Below are positions 29,450-39,060 of a stretch of 64,000 nt of DNA, piece after piece. The stretch's first letter is position 1. Each line of letters begins with the position of its first letter. This DNA comes from Dehalococcoidia bacterium. GTDB lineage: Bacteria > Chloroflexota > Dehalococcoidia > GIF9 > AB-539-J10. The translations under genes and the position numbers were made by a program. The stretch covers positions 124,762 to 188,761 of the forward strand of contig JBKHJG010000001.1 in the NCBI GenBank assembly GCA_046538235.1. Reading direction: 5' to 3'. The notes under the pieces are model-generated. The model had not been told where the DNA came from. It saw only the letters and a program-made list of their open reading frames with translations, and made no database searches.

Positions 29450-29530
29450 CTACCTTTTGGGTGCGCCGGGCTTCGGTGCGCCGGGCTTCGGTGCGCCGGG
29501 TTTGGCTGGGCCGATGGGCTGTTTCTGCAC
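29450..29530 (-). CDS. candidate leader peptide, 26 aa (V/M-QKQPIGPAKPGAPKPGAPKPGAPKR), GTG start with a GGAGGTG RBS
   Basis: Minus-strand GGAGGTGATACAAGTG then 26 codons to TAG. Contains three PGAPK repeats encoded by a 15-bp tandem DNA repeat. Confidence 0.3.
   Translation of the reverse strand: MQKQPIGPAKPGAPKPGAPKPGAPKR
29461..29503. repeat. 15-bp tandem direct repeat, ~2.8 copies (TGCGCCGGGCTTCGG)
   Basis: gtgcgccgggcttcggtgcgccgggcttcggtgcgccggg seen directly. Confidence 0.8.
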
Positions 29531-29752
29531 TTGTATCACCTCCTTTTTTCTCGAGACATCAGGCAGAGTGCTTCCATTTTTCCGGTGGATGTGTTACTAT
29601 GAACTCCTAAACACCATGCACGACGCATGATTCCTGAATAATGAAATCAGCATCATGTATAATACCATTATACCCCGAAAAAACGGTTTGTCAAGACCTT
29701 TTGCCCCGAAACCCGAGAATTTTGAGGAGAAACTGCTGAAAGGAGGCGAGCC

Positions 29753-30055
29753 ATGCCGGAGTGGACATTTCTGACCAATCACGGACTGGTGCTGAGCCAC
29801 ATCGCCCGCCATCCCCGGATCACCGCCCGCGAACTCGCCGAGTCTGTCGGCATCACAGAAAGAGCAACGCGTAAGATAATCGCCGACCTGCTGGAGACCG
29901 GGTACATCACCAAGAAACGAGAGGGTCGGCGCAATCGCTACCGGATCAACCCCGACCTCTCTCTCCGCCATCCCAGCCACGGGGAAACTGCCGTGGGAGA
30001 GCTTCTGCAGGCGCTGGGCTGGAAGAGGCGCAGGACGACTGCCACGTTGGGATGA
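29753..30055 (+). CDS. winged helix-turn-helix transcriptional regulator (100 aa)
   Basis: ITARELAESVGITERATRKIIADLLETGYITKKREGRRNRY is an HTH plus wing pattern. Strong RBS GAAAGGAGGcgagccATG. Extended -10 TGTATAAT about 90 nt upstream. Confidence 0.75.
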   Translation: MPEWTFLTNHGLVLSHIARHPRITARELAESVGITERATRKIIADLLETGYITKKREGRRNRYRINPDLSLRHPSHGETAVGELLQALGWKRRRTTATLG

Positions 30056-30301
30056 TGAGGCCGCAGACGACGGACAGTGTATGCTCCACTCAGGCCGCGC
30101 ATCTTCTCCGGTCCTTACGATTGGAGGACTGGCATGTGATCTGTCGTCAACCTGCCTTGATCTATCCAAAGGGACTCGCGCCCTGGTAGTGCAAGATAGC
30201 GGACCATGCGGATTCGTTCCGGACTCACTGCCACTGATCGAGCTGAGCAGGGGTGCGGCTCTGCTGTTACATGTGAGCTGTCAGTTTGCCTGCCCCGCCA
30301 G

Positions 30302-32338
30302 CTAGTCCAGCAGCACATCTTCAGGCAATGCGTCTTCAACCTGAGCCAGCGCCTCGACCCCCATAGCAGCAGCGGCATCTAGAGCTCCCTGGGCCACGCA
30401 GGCGGCAGCCTGCTCTTCGCTCAGCCCGGCCTGTGTCGCTACGTTTCTGGCTGCCTCCACTGCCCTGGCAGCCGCCTTAGCGTAATCGACCCCGGTCTCG
30501 CCCGCACCCTGTACTATCCCGTAACCAGCACCGCGAAGCGCATCCCGCGGGTCCATGCGGGCCCGCCCAAAAGTACGTGCGATTCCCAGCACGGCGGAAT
30601 GGGCCAGACGCCCCACATCCAGGTCCACCGCCTCCCTGGCAAGCATGGTCCCGCGCGCCGTTTGTCGCGCCACTTCGCTGCTGTGAATCTCAATATCATC
30701 CCTGGTTCCAACGCCGGTCAGGGCCTTTTCCAGGGCCCTTGCTATTTTGGTCACTCTTCTCTGTCCCCGCAGCGCCGCCACAGTGGCGGCCTTGGCCATG
30801 TCGGCAAGCTGATACGCCGTCACGCCCAAAGCCACGTCCAACCCGGGGACAGGGACACGGCGGAGGATACCGTAGGGGAACTGGCTCAGGAAGTTCAGGC
30901 CGGGAACCGAACTCATGGGCCGCACCGCGTGCTGCATGGGAGCCAGTAGCGCATTGACGACTATCTCCCTGCTTGCTTCACCCTCTTCCCGCAGGCCTCG
31001 CAGGATGTCCACCGTGAACAAGCCGAGGACAAAGGTGATGATGAACAGGAAATCAAAGCCGACGAGGTCAAAGGTCGGGAGATGTATAGTCCGGAAGGGA
31101 TCGATCCAGGTAAAGAGAAGGCTGACCTGTCGGGTACTGAAGAAGTCACCGAGGTACCCGCCGAGCAAAGGTCCCAGTCCGGCGCCCAGGCTGGCCGCCA
31201 GGCTAGCCACCGCCAGATAGGCAGTGGCTTCTCCCTTAGGAGCCAGTTTCAGTCCGATGGTGCCGGTGGTGAAACTGGTGCCCGCTGCTGCGATTCCGGC
31301 GAATATATGGAGCATCACCAGCAGAGGAATGGTCAAGAAGTAGCGCTCCGGCATGGTCGTGAAAGCCCATCCTACAACTACCAGGAGATACAGCGAGACC
31401 GACACGGACAGGACCGACTTGAGGCCAAACCTGTCAGCCAGGGGCCCCCAGACGCGAAGGAACAGGATATTGGAGGCCTGACTCAAGATACTGAAGCCGA
31501 TCACTGCCGGAAGAGGCAGGCCCAGACGTAGAAGCATGTACACGGCGAAGAAAGGAATGGATATATTGAGAGCCAGTCCCCACAGGAACAAGAACAGGAC
31601 AAGGCGCCGGTAGTTAGCGTCGCGGAGGGGGCTGGAGATGGTGGAAAAAAGCGATTGTTTGGGGCCGGGGGCGGGCTGCATCAAGGGCTCCGGTATCCGG
31701 CTCATGAAGAGGGGGCTGGCCAGTCCCAGAAAGATGGCGCCGAAAAGCAAGAGAAGGGTGTATCCCAGGGCCTCGTTTCCGGGGGCACGGGCTTCCCAGT
31801 AACTCACGAAGAACGCGGCCAGCAAGCCAAAGGCCATGGCTGCCAGGTTGGCCCACATCTGACGGCGGGCGAAGAAGCTGCCCAGTACCTGCTGCGGCAC
31901 CAGGTCCCTGATCCAGCCATTCCAGGCGCAATTGGTAATCGAGACAAAGACGCCACGAATCGCCATTACGCCCAGTAGCATCAATGCGGCACTACTGCTC
32001 GGGATGGCCAGAAACAGCGGGATCAGGGCGACAACCACCCAGGACAGCTGCGCCGGAATCCAGGAGGCCAATGCGATGGCTTTTCGCCGGCGGATGCGCT
32101 CGACCATGGGTATGGCCAGTATCTGGATAGGCTGGGTGATAAATGGAATAGCCGCCAGAATACCAATCTGGAAATTGTTGCACCCCAGTAGCAGAGCGTA
32201 GGCCGCCAGGAAGCCACTGGTGGTTATGCTGAATAGCCCCATGGCCGTCACCCCTTCCCAGGTTAGGTTGCGCAGTCCCTTTGCCACATCCTGGTCGGAT
32301 ATGGTGGGCCTGGGGCTAAGCGTTTGTCTAAGTCCCAC
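30302..32338 (-). CDS. MFS transporter (12 predicted TM) fused to a ~235-aa Ala-rich C-terminal cytoplasmic domain of unknown function
   Basis: 12 hydrophobic segments in the first ~440 aa with an MFS-like loop pattern. A continuous ORF extends into a soluble helical domain (…AARAVEAARNVATQAGLSEEQAAACVAQGALDAAAAMGVEALAQVEDALPEDVLLD). Confidence 0.7.
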   Translation of the reverse strand: MGLRQTLSPRPTISDQDVAKGLRNLTWEGVTAMGLFSITTSGFLAAYALLLGCNNFQIGILAAIPFITQPIQILAIPMVERIRRRKAIALASWIPAQLSWVVVALIPLFLAIPSSSAALMLLGVMAIRGVFVSITNCAWNGWIRDLVPQQVLGSFFARRQMWANLAAMAFGLLAAFFVSYWEARAPGNEALGYTLLLLFGAIFLGLASPLFMSRIPEPLMQPAPGPKQSLFSTISSPLRDANYRRLVLFLFLWGLALNISIPFFAVYMLLRLGLPLPAVIGFSILSQASNILFLRVWGPLADRFGLKSVLSVSVSLYLLVVVGWAFTTMPERYFLTIPLLVMLHIFAGIAAAGTSFTTGTIGLKLAPKGEATAYLAVASLAASLGAGLGPLLGGYLGDFFSTRQVSLLFTWIDPFRTIHLPTFDLVGFDFLFIITFVLGLFTVDILRGLREEGEASREIVVNALLAPMQHAVRPMSSVPGLNFLSQFPYGILRRVPVPGLDVALGVTAYQLADMAKAATVAALRGQRRVTKIARALEKALTGVGTRDDIEIHSSEVARQTARGTMLAREAVDLDVGRLAHSAVLGIARTFGRARMDPRDALRGAGYGIVQGAGETGVDYAKAAARAVEAARNVATQAGLSEEQAAACVAQGALDAAAAMGVEALAQVEDALPEDVLLD

Positions 32339-32603
32339 CTTCAGCCTGCATGTCGTGGAGAACTAGCTATATTCCGATATAAACTTGGCCGCCAGCTACA
32401 TCAAGAGGAGGAACGGCAGGCAAGTCCCCACAGCAACCCAGAATAATATCAAGTCGCGCGACGTTTGGCACGACCTTCCGGGATGGAAACGAAGGCAATT
32501 GTGACTCCTGAAGTCGCCGCCCGACCCGCTCAGGGCCGGGCCTCAAAGGCAGGCCCGTCAGGCCCGCAAGCGGAGCGTACATTGCGTATCCGCTGTCAAC
32601 TCC

Positions 32604-33518
32604 CTATTTCTGCTGCGGCCTAACTATGAGCACGGACGGCCTGGCATAGCGTGCTACACGCTGGGACACGCTGCCCAGCAGGAAACGGCGGGCTCCAGTG
32701 AGGCCCTTGGCGCCCAGGGCAATCAGGTCGGCATCTCGCCGCTCTGCCTCCCGCAGGATCTGCTGCGAAGGGTCACCGCGGGCAACGATGGCTGAAACCC
32801 TGTACCGATCCTTACGAAACCGGCTTTCCACCTCCGACAGCAATCGCTGAGCAGCCTCCTCTTCAGCCTTCTGAAGTTCAGCAACTATCTGCCGGTCACG
32901 CTCCAGGTCCACCGTGTACGCCTTGACAAATGCGGCCGCAAAGGACTGCACCACGGTCACGAGCACGACTTCCGTACGGCGTGGCAGCGGCATACGCAGC
33001 AGGAACTGCACCGCCTCATCAGCGTGCTTCGAACCATCAAGGGGCACCAGTATCCTGTTGACAGCTTTGTTTTCTCTCTTAGCTATCAACACGCTGCATG
33101 GCGCGTACTTCGTCACCTTATGCGCGACTTCGCCTAACATGAACTCCGGCGCATCGCTCATGCCTCTAAGTCCCACCACGACAAGGTGCGGTCGAAGGGA
33201 ACGACATGTCTTTATGATTTCATCGGCAGGACTGCCCCTACGGACCATGGTCTCGGCTTTCAACCCCCGGGCGGCGAACGCCTGTGACGCTTCGGTAACC
33301 ATCTGCAATGCCCCTTCTTCTGCAGCCCGCCTTATCTGAGTTCTCAAGGCAGCGGACTGCCCCAGGAGACCAGCCAGGGTATGCCCGCCCAGGAAGACAT
33401 GCCCGGGAATCACGGTCAACACGATTATCTCAGTCTCCCTCCCCGGCTTCAGAGCGCCGACCATGGCCGCGGCAGCTTCAGAGTAGCGAGAACCATCAAC
33501 GGCAACAATAATCCTCAC
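32604..33518 (-). CDS. universal stress protein, tandem UspA domains
   Basis: Two repeats of the IIVAVDGS...H..VLV(P/A) pattern typical of Usp. Confidence 0.85.
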   Translation of the reverse strand: MRIIVAVDGSRYSEAAAAMVGALKPGRETEIIVLTVIPGHVFLGGHTLAGLLGQSAALRTQIRRAAEEGALQMVTEASQAFAARGLKAETMVRRGSPADEIIKTCRSLRPHLVVVGLRGMSDAPEFMLGEVAHKVTKYAPCSVLIAKRENKAVNRILVPLDGSKHADEAVQFLLRMPLPRRTEVVLVTVVQSFAAAFVKAYTVDLERDRQIVAELQKAEEEAAQRLLSEVESRFRKDRYRVSAIVARGDPSQQILREAERRDADLIALGAKGLTGARRFLLGSVSQRVARYARPSVLIVRPQQK

Positions 33519-33621
33519 ATCCGTCTCCTTTCACGCCCGGAATTGTGGTGCAATTGCATTATCGCGACTGCCCTTCGCGCAGCATAATATCCTAGGGCCC
33601 GGTCGGCATGTCACTCGACGG

Positions 33622-34290
33622 TCACTGGCGAAGGAGTCCTTTCACAGCTTCTCTACTCGCATATACCAGAAGCCGGTCTCCTGCGGCTATTGTCTGCCCC
33701 GGATCGGGCCTGGCTAGGTGGGCACCGGCCCTGTCTATGGCCAGCAACTCCATATCCCGCTCTGCGGTGATCTCAGCCACAGACAACCCGACGCTTTTCG
33801 AGCTTCCCTTTACCGTGAGGAGACTGATGGCCCAGTCCTTTCCCACGGAGAATACCTCCTCCACCGCGGGCGCTTCCCCGAAGATCCGCTTTATGACTGG
33901 CCTTTGCAGCCAATCGAGGACCCGCTGGCCCATCTTGACTCTCATAATCAGACGATAGAAAAGTAATATGCCTCCGATGATTACGGCCAGGCGAATGAAG
34001 AACCACATGTAACCGCTGACCTGGGTGAAGGACGCCACCAGAGTGGCAATAATCGTAACCAGGCCGGCATTGCCCAGTATGATGAGAATAGTCACAATTC
34101 TTCGCCTGACTTTGTGTCCCACCACCCGTTCAGCTTCTCTGGTCGTAAAGCCCGTTCCCGTGAAGGCCGACAGCGCCTGGAATCTGGCCACGTCGGGTTC
34201 TATTCCCGTTAGCTGTAAGGCAAAGCCGCCTATTCTGACTATGATGAACGAAACCAGAATAGCTATCAACAAGATACCTACGTAGGCCAT
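33622..34290 (-). CDS. membrane protein with C-terminal TrkA-C/RCK_C domain (possible ion channel/transport regulator)
   Basis: N-terminal TM segments, then WAISLLTVKGSSKSVGLSVAEITAERDMELLAIDRAGAHLARPDPGQTIAAGDRLLVYA, an RCK_C pattern. Confidence 0.6.
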   Translation of the reverse strand: MAYVGILLIAILVSFIIVRIGGFALQLTGIEPDVARFQALSAFTGTGFTTREAERVVGHKVRRRIVTILIILGNAGLVTIIATLVASFTQVSGYMWFFIRLAVIIGGILLFYRLIMRVKMGQRVLDWLQRPVIKRIFGEAPAVEEVFSVGKDWAISLLTVKGSSKSVGLSVAEITAERDMELLAIDRAGAHLARPDPGQTIAAGDRLLVYASREAVKGLLRQ

Positions 34291-34414
34291 ATCAAATACC
34301 TCCCATCTGAGTTCCAGGCAGAGACAGGTGGGGCTGCCTGAGCGTAACGGCGTGGGGCCCCGGCCGATTCGCCACTATTGCAGATGGCAGAGACACTTTC
34401 CTCCTCCAGCGACT

Positions 34415-35404
34415 CTACAGCCACATCTTCCTCCTAAAATAGAATACCAGCGAAACACCTATCACCGCCATCGCTGCCAGGATAGCAAAGTAACCGTACC
34501 GCCACTCCAGCTCCGGCATATGGGCGAAGTTCATGCCGTAGATGCCGGCAACAAAAGTCAGAGGAATGAAGATGGTGGCGATGAGGGTCAACATCTTCAT
34601 CACCTCGTTCATGCGGTTGGATACCGAAGAAAGGTAGGTATTCAGTGCACTCTCAGCCATATCTCTGAGACCGCGGGTGAGCATCTCAATACTCACCAGA
34701 TGGTCATAAATGTTGCGGTAGTATATTCGCGCCCGTTCGCTTATCAGGGCATACTCGCCCCGGCTGAGCGCGTTCGCTATCTCCCGTTGAGGCAATATGA
34801 CCCGCGTCAGAGCCAATATACTGCGCTTGAGCTGCATAATGGATACCAGCGTTTGTCTCTCCGGCTCGTGAAGCGCCTCAGCCTCGATAGCGACACTTCT
34901 CTCGTCCATCTCATCGATAGTAGGCATGATGTTGTCCACCAGGGCATCGATGATATCGTGGGCCACAAAATCGCCTCCCCTCCGCATAACGCGTCCATTC
35001 GCGCGAACCCGGTCCACCATAGAGGAAACCGATCGCATCGGCACATCGTGGCTGGTGACCACATAGTTCTTCCCCAGGAAGAGGGCCAGCTCGGCGGTCT
35101 CCACCACATCGGATTCGATATGGTAGTTGATACCATGAACGATAATAAACAGGTAGTCCTCGAAATCGTCTATCTTGGGCGGATGGATGTTCTTACTGAT
35201 GCAGTCCGCTACCGCTAGGGGATGGAAGCAGAATGCGTTAGACAGTAATTCGGCATCCTCGCTGGTCATGGCCTCTATATCGACCCAGAGCAACCCCTCG
35301 CCGGTCGCCAGACAGTCCCTGATTTGTTCGCGGCTTAGCTGGTCCAGGAATCGCCCATCCGGCGCCGCATACAGAGCACACTGTATCATCACTGCCTCCT
35401 GCAA
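34415..35404 (-). CDS. corA: magnesium/cobalt transporter CorA
   Basis: C-terminal two TM segments with the YGMNF (GMN) motif. Confidence 0.9.
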   Translation of the reverse strand: MQEAVMIQCALYAAPDGRFLDQLSREQIRDCLATGEGLLWVDIEAMTSEDAELLSNAFCFHPLAVADCISKNIHPPKIDDFEDYLFIIVHGINYHIESDVVETAELALFLGKNYVVTSHDVPMRSVSSMVDRVRANGRVMRRGGDFVAHDIIDALVDNIMPTIDEMDERSVAIEAEALHEPERQTLVSIMQLKRSILALTRVILPQREIANALSRGEYALISERARIYYRNIYDHLVSIEMLTRGLRDMAESALNTYLSSVSNRMNEVMKMLTLIATIFIPLTFVAGIYGMNFAHMPELEWRYGYFAILAAMAVIGVSLVFYFRRKMWL

Positions 35405-35556
35405 TTCTGCGGGAGTTGCCCGGCAATAAGCGGCGCCACAAGTCCTGACGAGCTGGCAATCACGTCTTCACCAATGTGCCGCACATTGCAGCCGGCAACG
35501 AACGCACCTGTTCATATGATAGCACAATCCATATCCTGCTATAATAGGGACCCAAG

Positions 35557-37689
35557 TTGACGAAAGGGAGCTTGCCCCAGCGAATAGGCAGACTGGAGGA
35601 ACTGGCCAACAACCTGTGGTGGAGCTGGCATCCACAGGCTCGTGAGTTGTTCCGGGCACTGGACTACCCGTTATGGCGTTCGGGCGGACATAACCCCGTC
35701 AAGCAAATACGCGAGATCAGCACCGATAAGCTAGAGACGGCTGCCACCGACCCTGCTTTCCTCGAGCTTTACGATTCCGTCATGTCGGCTTTCGACTCTG
35801 AGATGTCAGACGCGCATAGCTGGTTTGCCCGCAGATATCCCGAGTCTCTGGGCGGCCCCACCGCCTTCCTTTCAATGGAATTCGCCATACACAACTCGCT
35901 CCCCATATATGCCGGCGGACTGGGAGTTCTGGCCGGCGACATATGCAAGGAAGCATCTGACCTGGGCCTGCCCCTTATCGGAGTTGGCTTCATGCATCCT
36001 CAGGGATACTTTCACCAGCATATCTCCGCCGAGGGCTGGCAGGAAGAAGTCTATGAGCAACTGGATTTCGATGAAGCACCGATCGAGCCGATAAGCCCGG
36101 TTCCGCGGTCGACCTGGTGCGGCCCGCTGCTACACATTCAGCTGGGTGACAGGCCCCTATATATCGGGGTCTGGCAGGTGCGGCTGGGGCGAGTCAAGCT
36201 TTACCTGCTATGCTGTGACGTTGAAGGCAACATGCCCGCCGACCGGCAGCTATGCGCCCGCCTCTACACCGCCGACCAGGAGCAGCGTATCCAGCAGGAA
36301 ATCGTGCTGGGAATCGGCGGGGTGCGTGTCCTGCGGGCTCTTGGCATCAGCCCCTCGGTATGGCATGCTAACGAGGGTCACACTGCCTTCATGATGCTGG
36401 AGCGTGTCAGGGAAGAGGTAGAACAAGGTGCGACCTTCGTCGAAGCCCTGCGCAAGACACAGGCGACTACCGTTTTCACGACCCATACTCCGGTCGCCGC
36501 AGGACATGACGTCTTTCCTGTCGGACTCGTGGAGAAGTACCTCGGCGCTTACCGGGAGTGTCTTGGAATCAGCAGGGAGGAATTCCTGCAACTGGGACAG
36601 CGGGGCGATACAGACGACCAGACATTCAACATGACCGTGCTGGCCCTGAAGACAACTGAGCATCGCAATGCCGTTAGCCGTCTTCATGGGAGGATTACGC
36701 GCAGGATGTGGCACGGACTGTGGCCGGAAGCTACAGAGGAGGAAACGCCCATCTCCCATATCACGAACGGAATTCACGTGCCTACCTGGGTGGCCCGAGA
36801 CATGAGCCGTCTGTACGACAAACATCTAGGCCCCGAGCTCTCGCAGAGGTACGACGAAGCCGATCTCAGACAACGTCTGCTGGATATCCCCGACGAGGAA
36901 ATCTGGGCGGTACATCAGATCCTGAAACGCAAGCTCGTCGGGGCCATGATAGAGCGGGCGCGCCAATGCTCCACCGAACGTGAATGCACAGCCCGGCAGG
37001 TGCTGGCCATGGGGGCCCTGCTCGACCCCAACGCTCTGACCATCGGCTTTGTCCGTCGTTTTGCCGCATACAAGCGTCCGGCGCTTATCTTTCGCGACGT
37101 GGACCGTCTGAGGCGGATTGTTGCTGACAAATGGCAGCCGGTCCAGATAGTCTTCGCCGGAAAGTCCCACCCCGCCGACCTCCCGTCAAAGGAACTCCTG
37201 CACCACGTGTATACGCTGGCCACAGACCGGGGATTCCAGGGGCGAATAGCGTTTGTCGAGGACTACGATATGCATATAGCTCACTATCTGGTCCAGGGGG
37301 TAGACGTCTGGCTGAATACACCGCGCCGCCTGTACGAAGCCTGCGGCACCAGCGGCATGAAGGCAGCGGTGAACGGCGTACTTCACCTCAGCGTTCGAGA
37401 CGGCTGGTGGTACGAAGGCTACAATGGCAGCAACGGCTGGGCCATTGGTGACGAAGCGGGAGCACAAGGCCCGGAACAAGACGGAGAAGATGCTGCGGCA
37501 CTCTACCGTCTGCTGGAGGAGGAAATCGTGCCTCTCTACTACCGGCGGGACAGGGCGGGAGTGCCCCATGGTTGGGTACAGATGGTCAAACAGGCGATCG
37601 GTTCCATTGTGCCGTTCTTCTGCACCCGGCGCATGTTGAAGCAGTACATCAAGCAAATGTACGTACCGGCGGCCCGCAAACAGAACTGA
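35557..37689 (+). CDS. glgP: alpha-glucan phosphorylase (GlgP/MalP, GT35, alpha-glucan phosphorylase subfamily)
   Basis: LANNLWWSWHP N-terminal signature, ~710 aa, with the pyridoxal-phosphate region. Confidence 0.88.
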   Translation: MTKGSLPQRIGRLEELANNLWWSWHPQARELFRALDYPLWRSGGHNPVKQIREISTDKLETAATDPAFLELYDSVMSAFDSEMSDAHSWFARRYPESLGGPTAFLSMEFAIHNSLPIYAGGLGVLAGDICKEASDLGLPLIGVGFMHPQGYFHQHISAEGWQEEVYEQLDFDEAPIEPISPVPRSTWCGPLLHIQLGDRPLYIGVWQVRLGRVKLYLLCCDVEGNMPADRQLCARLYTADQEQRIQQEIVLGIGGVRVLRALGISPSVWHANEGHTAFMMLERVREEVEQGATFVEALRKTQATTVFTTHTPVAAGHDVFPVGLVEKYLGAYRECLGISREEFLQLGQRGDTDDQTFNMTVLALKTTEHRNAVSRLHGRITRRMWHGLWPEATEEETPISHITNGIHVPTWVARDMSRLYDKHLGPELSQRYDEADLRQRLLDIPDEEIWAVHQILKRKLVGAMIERARQCSTERECTARQVLAMGALLDPNALTIGFVRRFAAYKRPALIFRDVDRLRRIVADKWQPVQIVFAGKSHPADLPSKELLHHVYTLATDRGFQGRIAFVEDYDMHIAHYLVQGVDVWLNTPRRLYEACGTSGMKAAVNGVLHLSVRDGWWYEGYNGSNGWAIGDEAGAQGPEQDGEDAAALYRLLEEEIVPLYYRRDRAGVPHGWVQMVKQAIGSIVPFFCTRRMLKQYIKQMYVPAARKQN

Positions 37690-37776
37690 CGTACAAGAAC
37701 GGAATGCCGTTGGATGCGATTAGACATGGCTTCCTACAATGGTTACAATAGCCATCACTAGACACCTGGCGGGCAG

Positions 37777-39054
37777 ATGAAGAAGGTACTGGCTTTGATC
37801 CTGGCGGGTGGGGAAGGGAAGAGGCTGAGCGTGCTGGCCGAAGAGCGCGCAAAGCCGGCAGTCCCTTTCGGCGGCAAATACCGCATCATTGACTTCACCT
37901 TGAGCAATTGCGTGAACTCGGGCATCAACGCGGTAGCCGTCATACCGCAATACAATCCTCGCTCCTTGGCCCGCCATATCGGCGTGGGCAAGGCCTGGGA
38001 CCTCGATCGCGTGGTCGGTGGAATCACTCTGCTGTACCCGTTTGTGAGCACGAACGGGGATATGCACTGGTATAAGGGCACTGCCGATGCTGTCTACCAG
38101 AACCTGCCTTTCATAGAGGACAGCAGGGTTGACGAGGTGCTCATTCTATCGGGAGATCACGTTTATACCATGCACTATGAAGAGATGATCAAGTTTCATC
38201 GCCAGCAGGCAGCCGATATCACCGTTGGGGTCACTGAGGTGCCCCGGGAGGAGACCGATCGTTTTGGCATCGTGCTACTGGACGACAATAACAGGGTGGT
38301 CGCCTTTGAGGAGAAGCCATCACAGGCGCAGAGCAACCTGGCCTCCATGGGGATCTACATATTCAATAAGGAAGTCCTCTTCGAGCTGCTGGAAGATGCT
38401 CATCGCCGGGGACTTCGGGACTTCGGCAGCCAGATCATACCCGAGGCAATAGATAGATACCTGATTTGCGGTTACAGGTATCAAGGTTACTGGCGCGACG
38501 TGGGGACAATTGAAGCCTACTGGCAGGCCAATATGGACCTGGTGATTGACCTGCCCCCGTTTAATCTCTACGAACGTGACAGCCAGGTGCGCACACCTTC
38601 CGTAGATATGCCGCCCGTGAAGCTCGGGCCAAGGTCCCAGATAAGCAGAAGCCTGGTCAGTAACGGTTGCATCATAAACGGCAGTGTGTCTAACTCCGTG
38701 CTTTCCCCGCATGTCTACGTCGAGGAAGGGGCCCAGGTGGTAGATTCCATAATCTTCGATGATACCGTCATCGCCCGGGACGCCGTCATAGACAGGGCCA
38801 TCATCGACAAGCGGTGCCATATTGCACCGGAGTGTCGCATTGGCTATGGCGACGACTACACTCCCAATAGGGACGAACCGGCCTATCTGGACTGTGGCAT
38901 CACCGTAGTGGGCAAGGGAGCACGGCTGCCCGCAGGACTGAGAGTAGGCCGAAACTGCAGAATCGCGCCCGGGGTGGTGGAGTACGATTTCCGTGACCTG
39001 CTCATTCCCAGCGGCAGCTCCGTAGGGCCAGGGACGCTCCTCCAGACCCGATAG
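37777..39054 (+). CDS. glgC: glucose-1-phosphate adenylyltransferase
   Basis: LAGGEGKRL and [24 protein letters not shown], plus a C-terminal left-handed beta-helix. Confidence 0.9.
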   Translation: MKKVLALILAGGEGKRLSVLAEERAKPAVPFGGKYRIIDFTLSNCVNSGINAVAVIPQYNPRSLARHIGVGKAWDLDRVVGGITLLYPFVSTNGDMHWYKGTADAVYQNLPFIEDSRVDEVLILSGDHVYTMHYEEMIKFHRQQAADITVGVTEVPREETDRFGIVLLDDNNRVVAFEEKPSQAQSNLASMGIYIFNKEVLFELLEDAHRRGLRDFGSQIIPEAIDRYLICGYRYQGYWRDVGTIEAYWQANMDLVIDLPPFNLYERDSQVRTPSVDMPPVKLGPRSQISRSLVSNGCIINGSVSNSVLSPHVYVEEGAQVVDSIIFDDTVIARDAVIDRAIIDKRCHIAPECRIGYGDDYTPNRDEPAYLDCGITVVGKGARLPAGLRVGRNCRIAPGVVEYDFRDLLIPSGSSVGPGTLLQTR

Positions 39055-39060
39055 CAGTTC

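Noticed and set aside
29461-29503. Possible CRISPR-like repeat
   Set aside because: There are only ~2.8 directly abutting copies of a 15-bp unit with no spacers, so it is a simple tandem repeat, not a CRISPR array. No cas genes are in the window.
29236-29610. 124-aa plus-strand ORF containing RASVRRASVRR repeats
   Set aside because: The repeat is an out-of-frame reading of the 15-bp tandem DNA repeat. It has no RBS and low-complexity composition. The region is better explained as the divergent regulatory region between the 103-aa gene and the wHTH gene.
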